A stretch of DNA of 64,000 nucleotides from Euglena gracilis (Eukaryota). Under the pieces are notes generated by a model. It did not search any database, was not told where the DNA came from, and saw nothing but the letters and a program-made list of their open reading frames with translations. Positions within the stretch are counted from its first letter, which is position 1. Each line of letters opens with the position of its first letter. Made by a program: the position numbers and the translations under genes. The stretch spans positions 39,579,816-39,643,815 of the forward strand of contig CP154954.1 of the NCBI GenBank assembly GCA_039621445.1, given 5' to 3'. Shown one piece after another: positions 50,601-61,510 of this stretch.

Positions 50601-53500
50601 TCAATTACTTTTTCATCCTCCTGGGGCATGGGCCAACACCTTTGCCTTAGCGGTTTGCCTTCCCATTCAGGCTTCAGCTATGTCCATCAAAACAGGCAGG
50701 GGGGAAGACTCAGAAATTGTGGCCACTGGTCCAAAAACATCCGAAAATTTCACCAAAAGCTCATACAACCTGGGGTGGTCTCTGAATTTCTCAAATTCTT
50801 TATCAAATTCTCCAATCAGGTTCTCAGTAAACAATTTGCTGCTTTTTCACTGAGCATTTGTTTGGGCCCACAAAGTCAAAATCTTTTCATGTTAATCTTG
50901 GGAAATGCTCTTTAGTTTATCCATCTTGATTGTTGCCTTGGGAGTCTTCACAGGTTTTGCAAACTGAACCTCTTCCACAGGCCTGGACAGCTGGAAAAAC
51001 TTCACATCCACATCTTTTCTCATTCCTTAAAAAGGCTCAGCTCACTTTCAACGTCCTTTGTCAATTCACCCAAAAAACTGCTGTTTTCATGCTCACTCAT
51101 TGGTTCACACACCCGAACATTGTCCAACCATTCTTTCACCTATTCCTCTGATTCTTTGGGGGGAACAGTCCACAAAGGAAACCTTGGAGTTTCAAAAACT
51201 TGCTGGTCTGCAGGTGGATTGGCATGCTTGGGTGCCTGCTGCTGGGTGGACATCAGGAACATCTGGGAAATCCACTTGCATTTCATCATCCACTGTGGGG
51301 TACTTCCTGGTCTCACGTCTCAGTTCATCCAAATTCCAATTTCTTGAAACTTTTCTGAGCCAACTGACAATTTTGTGGTCCAAAAGCTCAAAATGCACTT
51401 TGAATTGCACTGTCTCCACCACAGTCACAAGAGTGTTCCACAGAGGGGAGGGCACCTTTTGCACCTGCCACACCACAAACAAGGGAACCCCACTTGAAAT
51501 TTTAACCATGGCCACCGTTACCCTTTCAAGCAGGGGGGACCGGTACTGGTCCACCCAGTCTGGGTGCACCAAGACCGTTTTTGTTTCATCAGCGCACAAC
51601 CTGGTCACCACTGTGCTTAGTTTGCTGAAGGGTGGGTTTGCTCACAGAAACTTTGAAGCACCAAGGTCACACAACAATTATTCCCATGAATACCTGTAGG
51701 CTGAATTCCCTTTCGTCATGTACAAAGACTGTGTGTCGTTCAGGTGGTTTGCAAAAAGATCAATGCAAATTTGGCCCTCAGAAATCTTCAATTTTTCCAT
51801 AGCTTTTGACTTCATTGGCCTGACCAAAGTGTAACTTTTTGTCTTGAAAATTTTGAAAATGCTTTTGATAGTGTGGTCCCCATCATGGCACTGAAGTAAA
51901 AACTCCTCATCTCTGATGATAATGCTGGGGGGGTCTGGTCAACCACCCTCCAAAAAACTCACTTTCTATGAATTCAGTCCCCAAAACTGCCTCAACGCAC
52001 AAGTATCCACCACAACAGCTGTCAAATTCAAAACCTTAGACCCAAACTGCAAACACATGTCGACGTCCCCTCGGGAACAGTGTACTCCCCGTTGTCGATG
52101 TGCAGGGGTACCACTGCACTCCGCTGAAATTTATTCTCAGGAACACATTTCTTAGAAACTGCAGTAATGGTGGCCCCTGTGTCCAAAATGGCTTGAACAT
52201 CCTTTCCATAAACCTTCACTGGCAACAGATAATTTGGAGCCACAATTTTCTGTCGATTTTGTCACAAAAAACGGCATTATGAAGACAGATGGTGGTCAAG
52301 AGAAAAGATTGAGAAAAATAAGGCAGCAGCCCAGAAAAGGCAGGCAAATGGACCCCTTCGGTTCAACCCCAGGTAGTGCAAACCCAGGTTACCCCCTTGG
52401 GTGACAACCACAAAAAGAGAAAGGCTGATGCTTTGCATTTCCTCCAGATGGTGTGTAAAACTTCGTGGGGCTGGGGTGTCATCAACTTCTCTTTCACCCT
52501 TGCATTTGCCTTTTCCTTTGCCTTCTCCTTTTCCACCAAACGTTCTACCTTTTCTAGATTCTGGGACACTTTCACCACCTTCTTCTGATTGGTCAAAGGG
52601 GCTTTCAATCAGGGACCTGAGGTTTCCTTTTTTCAACAAATTCCTCTCCAACCAATCTTCGAAGCTGTTTTCCAAAATTGTTTTTCTCAAATCTGTGAAA
52701 ATCACAGAAAGATCATGTCTGCATACATTCTGGTGTGTAATTTCCTCAGCAAAAGCAGAAACTTTTCGTGTTCACTCGTGTCCTGGGGGCTCAACCTTGC
52801 CATCAAATTGTCCAACTCATTGAAAGTTTTCTTGATGTCTTGTGGTTACAGGGTTCTGTGAAAGTGCTGGCAATTTCTCAATGGCAGACCTGAAAGTCAT
52901 GCCATTTTCCAGTGTTGCAAACAATTTTAAAATTTACAACAGCACTTTTAAAAAATCCTCATTCTCATCAAACACTTTTCAACAAGTTCGTTCAACAACG
53001 TTCCAACAGGCAATCCTTTTTCTGGACACTTCCAAGTGTACCAGCACCAGTTAACCTCAACCATCTGCCAAAATCTTTCACAAACTCTGGCCAGTTTGCG
53101 CCATCAAACTCTGGCAATTTCACAGGGGGTAAACTTGAATTTTGGGTTGAACTTTGGCTGGGGTTTCTGGAGTTTGGTTCCACAACTTGCTTCAGAGATG
53201 TTTCCACCTGGGTGAGGGGTTCACAGGGGTAAACACGGACTGACTGCTGCTGGCTGACTTGCTTTCCAATTCTTGCAACCTTCTTTACAAATCTTCAATT
53301 TGACGACTTTTCTGCAGATCACTTTCACAAAATCTCAACCACTGGCTCTGAAAACTGGGAGAAACAATTGCAAACCCAACAAGCCAAACAAAACTGAAGA
53401 AACCAGAACAGAAAACCAACCACCTGGTTCAGGACCAGGTCAGAAAGATGATGAAGATCTTGCCTACACCAGGATCTTGTTCTTGACCGCAAGGAGATCA
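47640..53500 (-). mobile_element. decayed chromodomain-bearing Ty3/Gypsy element B (gag-PR-N6MTase-RT-RNaseH-IN-chromo)
   Basis: Gag LPEFDGANWPEF. PR AILDTGAT (52170-52192). RT LDMRSGYWQI and NAPGIFQ. RNase H VTDSS and YTTWEKEIL. IN CHKASNHVG, LVDNLS and PRSNDLVE. Chromo-like FYDVYKILKHK...EPVASF (47690-47830). Confidence 0.92.
51430..51840 (-). pseudogene. Dam-like N6-adenine methyltransferase domain between protease and RT of Gypsy B
   Basis: One frame with two stops: SYTL...IDLFANHLN...NSAYRYSWE*...FL*ANPPFSKL..VVTRL...TVLVHPDW...PLWNT. NPPF at 51627-51638. Confidence 0.85.
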
Positions 53501-55339
53501 GCAGCACCACAAGCTTCAACCAAGTGCTGAAGCCATTCCCTGTGCGTTAAACTCGTGTGTTTGCTGGGATTTCATTACAATTCAAGTGTAAGCATTTTCC
53601 TGGTTTGGTTTGTGATTGCCCAGCCACCATTTGTAGAGATTTGCTCTGTAGGGCACTTTGCTTTTTGGCCTTCCCCTTTTGATTTGCCCAGATTTCCCCT
53701 TAACAGGGGAGGCACCAAAGGGGTGGATGTAATTGCCCAGTTGGGGAAGGGTCAGGACACAAAGAAGGGGGGTACTCTGTTTTGCCCGCATGGGCACAGA
53801 AGTACGGCAGGGCACGTAACTGACCAGTGGATAAAGACATTTGGAGCTGAAGATTTTCCGCCTTGCCCAGATTTTTTCCCATAGTCCCGTTTTTTGGCTG
53901 CCCATTTCTGGGCACAAAAATCAGACTCCCCTTTTCGTGATTGCCCGAATTCCCTCCAGGTTACATTTTTTGTTGGCCCCCCCCCAGGGCCCAGGGATGA
54001 CTGCCTAGGGGGGGGGTGACAATTCGGGCACATCAGTGCGAGGTTAGAATTTCGAATTGGCAAATTTGACCTGCGAATGCCGATTGACATTCCAAGGAAT
54101 GTTCTGTAGGAAGGTGGTGTAGGATTCGCCAAGTCTGCAATTCCTAATTCAAGATTGCAAAGCCATTGAAGAATGCCAATTGTTCTGTAGGGAGCAAAAT
54201 GCTTACACTGATTGCGTGGGTCACTGATTGAACCTCAAAGAAGTCCTGTCTTTGCTTGTGCTGTGCTGGAAGTTTTGAAAAGTTCAATGCCAGAAAAGTC
54301 AAAAGTGAGACACTGGGTACAGGCCAAGAGTGGGCACTCAAAAATTGCCAGTAGAAAAGCCCAAGTTAGCAATAGGATGCTGTCCAGCATTGCACATTAC
54401 AGGTTGGCCTGGGCCAGAAGATTTTCACCCAAGTGTCACATCAATGCCAAATCGAAACGGCAGAGGATTTCATAGGTTAACCCCCAACCCATGGCAATGC
54501 CAACAACTGGGCTGTCCAAGGCACCAAATGACCACCATCTTTCTCTCCAGAACGTGCCTCACGGCTCATCTGGGTGATCTACCGGAGCTCGATTCTGTTG
54601 TACGTGCCTCACGGCTCATCACCATCTCCACTTCAGTGACAACGACATGCTATCTTCACAGAAATCCGCAGCAATGTACAGTGCAAGTGCTGCCGTCAGC
54701 TGCAGCCAGTGGTCCGCCAATGACAATGTAATGTCACTCCACCAGATCGCAATCTCAGCGTCAATCCCCTTCGTGGCACAACAGGATCGTTTGAACTGGA
54801 CAAAGCTCATACCAGTTTGTGTGTGGTTGGGGCCTCGGCTCAGTGCGTTCGGACAGCCCTTGTCCAATGACGTTGATGTCGTGCTGTGTGATGGTGGTGT
54901 TCTGCGGCAGTAAATATCACGGTTTGATCGTTTTCTCCGTCTTCGTCTTCTGCGTGTTTCTGTCTCCTCTCCATGTTCTGCGAGGGGCTAACTGGCTCGT
55001 CTGTCCGCTGTGCTCTGAATGCCTGGGCAACTGCGCAGCAATTGTTCATGAAGGGGGGGGGTGGCGGACAGTCTTTTTACGATCAATCTCCTGTAATCTC
55101 TGAATTAGGCATTGCCAGAAAAAAGGTTCTCAGACCAAAATCTTAATATGGGATTTCTTTGCATAATTCTTTATTTTATTGGCCTATGGCAAACAGTGTA
55201 TCAGTTTGCTTGGACTTGATTGATCAAGGGCATTGGCAAAGATCTTCAATCTTTGTTCCCCTGCTGTGAGAAAGACTTTTGGAAACTCCAGTGATTCAGT
55301 GAGAAACTCCCAGTGGAAAAGCCCAATTCGTCATTAGGA

Positions 55340-56200
55340 GACTGTCCAGCATTGCACATTACAGGTTGGCCTGGGCAAGAAGTTTGTCACCCCAAGTGTC
55401 ATTGGACAAGGGCTGTCCCAACACACTGAGCCGAGGACCCATCCACACAAGCGGCGAACCCGGGAGACGGCCGTCATCCAAGTACCATCCCTGCCGTTCG
55501 ACGTTTGCAGACAGCTCTTCCAGGACATCTTGCAGTCCCCAGGCCAACAGAGCTGGGCCACACGGGTCTCCGTGTTGGGCGACTCTGGCCGAAGTGACCA
55601 TTTTCTTGCCACAAAACAGATGGGAATGTTGGCTGTAGCAAGTCTCGACCCATGACATCGCAGCAGGACGTCTCGGACGGACACTGTCTAATGCGGAACT
55701 GCGGAACTGTTGAACGCGTTGCTTAGGTCTATTTTTAAAAAGCCCCGTCGATCCTCATTCTTGCGGAAGAGGTCATCAGTCATCTGATGCACGCCAATTG
55801 CGGTGAGGCTACCCATACTCCGCTTTGCATAGGACTGAGGTCTTTGAGGGTCTGCGTGATGGCTTGGAGGTGCATGAATACCTTGGCTACAAGGCGTCCG
55901 AGGCACTCCTCGGCGGCGATTGGTCAGGTTCCCCCCGGGTGCATTCACACATGGCGGAGCAACCTTGTCACCTTTTTTTTGAACTGGACAGCGTGCCGAC
56001 GCTGGTCCACGTCCCCTGTGGTGCCGTTGTGCGAGTCACGTGCACCTACATCACCCTCCTCCGCAACTTAAATGCAAGTGCTGACTGGGGTCCCTGCATC
56101 ATCTTTAGGCATTTCAAACGGCAGAGCTTTGCCCACTAAAGCGCGGTGGGAAAGACCATAGGGCACAGGTTGGCCGCAAGGTCGCTGAGCGCGCCAGGTT
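55340..56200 (-). pseudogene. non-LTR retrotransposon RT fragment, CRE/SLACS/CZAR-like
   Basis: PIAAEECLGRLVAK, KIDLSNAFNS, QHGDPCGPALLA and WYLDDG, in order. Confidence 0.75.
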
Positions 56201-56389
56201 GTACCTTCAACGGCCCGTCATTGAAAGTTGGGAGGAGATTGCGTTGCCTGGCGTACCGCCACCAGCCCTGAGAACTAGGTCCGCGGCTGCAAGGGAACAA
56301 GCTTCGGACACCGAGCGAGTGGAGAATTGTGTCAGCACTCTCGTGGGACATGGGGCAATCAGTATACGTCTGGTCTTCAATTCATGTTT

Positions 56390-57755
56390 CCAAAAAGCCT
56401 TCGCTTTCGCCTTGTCGCACCTATTTGGAAACTGAAAATCAGAGTAACAGTGAAAACTCTTTTCCTACTTCCCAAGAACAAAGCACGGAGCAATGCAGGA
56501 AGGACGGAGTAGATATCCAAGTCCGGTCCGGAGAAAAGGAAAGACAAAACAGAATAAAGAATACCACCTATGGAGAGAGAAGGGGCACCCATTAGGAAAT
56601 CCTAATAGGGTCTGCTTCCATCCTAACTTCCTCAACGGAAGTGAACAGAAGCATACGTCTGGTACATATGCCCTCCCAGGGCTATGCCCGATTTCCCCTT
56701 TGGACCAGGCAGTCTGGCCACAGGGATTTCAGACACAGACCTTGTCTGTGGGAGGTGCAACCTTGCCCATCCACTGGGGCCCTTTCTGTCGCACAGGGGA
56801 CTACTCAGGGAGGGGGCAGAAAGGAGGAAGACCCTAAATCCCAAACGCGCAAAATGGTTTCACCTACTTTGCTGGGGCTTATTGTTGTATAGTATATTAT
56901 AGCCCAATGGGGAAAGCGGGGCTGGCAGGTTTCCTTGCCACGCAAACCCTCCACCCAGGTTAGGTGTGGCCAAGGCACGTGGGGTTGGTTCGATGGGCAT
57001 TCCAGGAAAACCCGGGAGGGTGTGGAATGAGTGTGCCCCTAACAAGTCAAACCTGGGTACGTCTGATTCCCAATTCCCCTTCACCAAAAGCCTTCGCTTT
57101 CGCCTTGTCGCACCTACTTGGGGACTGAAAATCAGAGTAACAGTGAAAACCCTTTTCCCACTTCCCAAGAAGCAAAGCACGGAGCAATGTGGGGAGGACG
57201 GACTGGAAATCCAAGTCCGGTCCAAGGAAAAGGAGGGAAAAGGTATAAGAAGAATACCACCTGTAGAGAGAGAAGGGGCAACCATCAGGAGATCATAATA
57301 GGATCTGCTTCCATCCTAACTTCCTCAACGGAAGGGGACAGAAGCATACGCCTGGTACACATCTCCCTCCCAGGGCTATGCCCGATTTCCCTTTGGACCA
57401 GGCATTCTGGCCACAGGGATTTCGGACACAGACCTGGACTGTTGGAGGTGCACCCTGGCGCATACACAGGGGCCCTTTCCGTCGCACAGTGGTCCACTCA
57501 AAAGGGGCGGGGGGAAAGGGTGACCCAAAAGCCCAAAACGCGCAAAATGGTTTCATTTATTCTGCGGTGGCTTATGGGTGTATAGTATATTATAGCCCAC
57601 TGGGGAAAATAGGGCTGGCAGGTTTCCTTGCCAGGCAAACCCATCCACCCAGTTTGGGTGTGCCAAAGGCACTTGGGGTTGGGTCCATGGGCATTCCAGG
57701 AAAACCCATGGGGAGGGTGTGGAAGGAGGGGGCCGCTGACCAGTCAAATTTGGGC
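56390..57755. repeat. two diverged ~690-bp direct repeats (56390-57058, 57083-57755), probably LTR-like
   Basis: Collinear similarity starting ccaaaagccttcgctttcgccttgtcgcacct. Lies just downstream of a chromodomain ORF on the minus strand. Confidence 0.8.
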
Positions 57756-57898
57756 AGGGCGCATGGCCAGTCAAATCTGACCACGCAACAGGAAAGTCCT
57801 ACTCTACAAAACCAACTGCCGGCGACTGCATTTGCCCCGGAGGGTATAAACGCGAAACATTCACATAAAGCACACACATTCTCCAAAACGAAATCGTT

Positions 57899-58140
57899 TC
57901 AGAAAGTGTTTATGTTTATGTCTATGTTATTGCGGTTGTTCCACAGCTTCCACTCCTGCTGGATATATCCAACAAAACTGGATGCTGGCTCCCAAGTGTC
58001 CTCCTCTGGCCCATACCCTTTCCAGCGAACTTTCCAGTAGTGCACACCCCTGTCGACCTTGTGGTCTATTGTCTTATCGACCACAAAGTCGTCCGTTTCA
58101 GGTAATCTGGAACGGGGTTTCCAATATAGGCAGGGGATGT
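57899..58140 (-). CDS. chromodomain, C-terminus of a Gypsy integrase
   Basis: DDFVVDKTIDHKVDRGVHYWKVRWKGYGPEEDTWEPASSF, with aromatic cage residues present. Confidence 0.88.
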
Positions 58141-60256
58141 TAACGCGAGAGGCCCACCCCGCGTCCGCCCCCCCGGGGGGGAACCCGGGACTGACCTCCG
58201 GCGGCGTAGGATCTTTATTTCCCACCTCAGTTTCAGGGGATCCAACCCAAACTGGAATCCCTTCAGGATCTTCTTGGGGTTCCCTTTGGGCAAAACCAGG
58301 GTGGGCTCAGGTCCCTGATTCCTACCCAACCCCATTGTCATGTCCAGGGGGGGGGGAGGAAAATCCCCGCCCTCTGGATTCCTTCCCGACCTCACACCCC
58401 CGACACTCCCGGATGAAACATTTCCAGACTGTTTCTGGATAATTTCAAGGTCTGTGTTGGAAAAACAAAACCCAAACAAACAGGCAAAACAACCTGACTT
58501 CGCAACCAACAAAACAAAGGAGTTGGAGGTTCACGAGTGACCGTTCAGCCAATGAATGTTACCACAGTTTCAACTTCTGACAATGTCTTTGATTGAATTC
58601 CTTGACTTCTTTCAATGATGTTTCATAGTCCAAGAATCTTGACAACTTGCATGTTTGAGAAACTTGGAAAACTGGGAAACCCACTGTGGAAAGTGGAACA
58701 TGAAAACAAATGTGCCGAACGCGGGCAACTCAATGAGAATATGCGCAATACCAATTCCCACCTCCCAATACTGCCCACTGCCCTTTTCACACTTATGCAT
58801 GTGCTGGCTGGGTTATTGGAAGGTTACTGATTAGGAATGACCACAGATTAGGATAGGAGCCTATGCCAAGGCACTCCCTACCTTTGGCGTCATTCCCTCC
58901 TCTCTTCCTGCGCCCTGTCCGCCAGGTCCCACACTCTGGAAAATGAATCTGGCCATTATTCCGTATGTGAGAACCCAACTTTCATCCTGGAAGAATAATT
59001 CAAAGTGGAAAGATATTTCTCCCCTGTCATTACAGATCACAGGCCAGTTTAACCAACCACAGGATCACACACTGGCTCGCACAAGCTTGCAAACAAACGG
59101 TCATTCACCTTTCGGGAGGCGCAGGGGCTATGTGCGGTCATAGCGACTCCTCGCACACACCCCCCCCTTTTCAGCGCTCAGACAGACCTTGAATCACCCC
59201 CCCGTGGGGATGCCCAGAGGCACATTTCTTCCGCCTCGGCAGGAGGCACCCAAGGACCTGCCCTTATCCTCACTCTTCACATTGTTCGCTGGCTGAGTGG
59301 ACTTACCACGGAAGCCTCACCTCCCCCCCCTTCAGCGGAGTGGGTGTTCTTCCCGCAGGTTTCCCGGACCCCCCAACAAAATACTCAAAAACTTCTAGAA
59401 ACTTCAAAAAAAAGTGGGGTCCCAAAAAAAAAAACAAATTGATTGCGAAGGAACCACTGGGAAAGTCATGGAGATCACATTTTGGACTGAACATCTTGGA
59501 AGCTTCTTGAGGGAGGCTGGGACTTCGCAGAGGGCCCCTTTTTCACTTTACCGTTCAACGAATTGGGGGGGGAACTCTCTAAAGGAAGGGAAGGTTTCCT
59601 CACATAAGGGCTGAATGTCTGGTCACAGGGTGGGGTTTCACATGGTTTGTTGGGTTTGCTGGGTTTGCTTATTCCTTCACTCTTAGGGCTCTTGTTTCCA
59701 GATTGGGTACAGGTCTCTGGAAGGGTTTCACATTTGAAAAATGGGGTTTTTTCAAACTGCATTTGGTTTCTCCTCGCAAGGCCTCTGGGTTTGCCTGGTG
59801 GTTCGTGTTTTTAAGGTTACTGGTGAATTTTTCAGGGCTGGTCTTGTTTCAAGCTTTTTCCCCCCCCCCCCCTCCGGTTTCTCCCCCCACTCCCGGTAGG
59901 AGGCGGAGACCGGAAACCTGCCCCACTCCACCAAAAAAGAAACCTGATGTTGGCCCGCAGCACCGACACCTTCACCTGGACACTTCCTGGACGTCCCCCC
60001 CCCACTGCTGGGAGGGAAGGCTCCACTTGCAGGCGATCCCCCCGCTGGGAAAGCCTGGTCATCGGGGGCTGCCCCCCCCCCTGGGAGGCCTTGATGGACC
60101 TCAGAGAGGGCCCACATTCTCCACCGCCAGGAAGGCACCGTTCTCATCAAATTTCCACCCCCCTGGGAGGGCTCAACATGCCAACGACATCCCTCGCTGG
60201 GAAAGCCTGATTATTCGAGGACCCACCCCCTGGGAAGGTTTGCCGGGTGCCTCCGT

Positions 60257-60655
60257 TCACGTTCACCACACCATTCCGCTCACAGGGTGGGGCTTTCACA
60301 GGTGAACCCGAAACCTGCCGGTAGGGTTTTCACCCACAGCCCTGCTTCCCGCATGGTTCCCCCCCCATCGTCCTCCGGGGGTTCTGACTCCGTTGGCCAT
60401 TGGGTCAGGCAGGGGGTGCTCTCGGGACCCCCTCACCAAGAAGGTTCGCCGGATGCCTCCCTCCAGGGAGGCCATCACGTTCACCACACCATTCTGGTCA
60501 CAGGGTGGGGTTTTCACAGGTGAACCCGAAACCTGCCGTTAGGGTTTTCACCCACAGCCCTGCTTCCCGCATGGCCCCCCCCCCATCGTCCTCCGGGGGT
60601 TCTGATTCCGTTGGCCACTGGGTCGGGCAGGGGGTGCTCTCGGGACCCCCTCCCC
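60257..60655. repeat. ~220-bp direct tandem repeat (2 copies)
   Basis: cacgttcaccacaccatt..acagggtgggg..ctctcgggacccc at ~60257 and ~60476. Confidence 0.9.
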
Positions 60656-61510
60656 CAGGAAGGTTTCTTTATTCCTTGCGTGCTTCGGTTCTGAATCCGA
60701 GTCTCCACCGAATTTGAGCACATCACAGATCCCAACTCCGGAAAAACTGTAAAACTGAAGGACTGGAGGGGTCGCACCCTTTTCACTCCGACCTGCTTCA
60801 GCAGGCGGGGTGGGGACTCCCTATTCACCAGCCCCAGTCTTGGCACCCTTTGAAGTCCGGCCCTCACCTTTTCTGCATCCTGAGCTCAGCAGGGTCCCCT
60901 CCTCCAGGGGAATAAGGACTTCATGTTTGAACCGAACTTCAAATCAAACTTTTACACGTCACCCAACACAAGATCCCCAAATGGGCACAACATACAATCC
61001 AACTCGGAAGAGCTGCAGAACCAACCACACAAGAATGCCCCATCGACAATCTTCGATGCCCACCCCAGGTCCATGGTTGCACGCCAACCTTGCTCCAGGA
61101 TGGGTGAACTCCCTCCCCAGAAGTTCACAACCACCAAATGCTGTTTCTCAAGCTGCACCACCTGGGGTTGTCAAGGTCACAGCCACCCCAGGCCCTTTCC
61201 TCGGTTGGTGTCCCCCCCCGGGAGGACTGACCACCGGAAGACCCCCCCCCACTAGGAGGACTCCCTGAAAACAGTTGCCTCCCCCCCAGAGGCCCCTTTC
61301 ATCGGTTGGTGTCCCCCCCCCGTGGGAGGACTCGCCAAAAAAACGGGTCTCCCTGCTGGAAAGACTTCATGTAAGCCAAGTGTCTCCCCCCTGGGGGACT
61401 CAACACAAGCTGGATGCTCCCCCCGCTGGGCGAGCTTTCTTCAACTTTCACAGATTCTTCACCGGGCATGGACAAAGCAAACAAAATGACGGACAACACC
61501 TCTCAACTCC

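Noticed and set aside
53500-54050. 5' LTR of Gypsy B paired with 47010-47640
   Set aside because: The two flanks show no evident similarity, so LTRs cannot be called.
56390-57755. Spliced-leader RNA or 5S rRNA gene array next to the CRE-like RT
   Set aside because: No recognisable SL exon, Sm site or 5S sequence, and the two units are too diverged.
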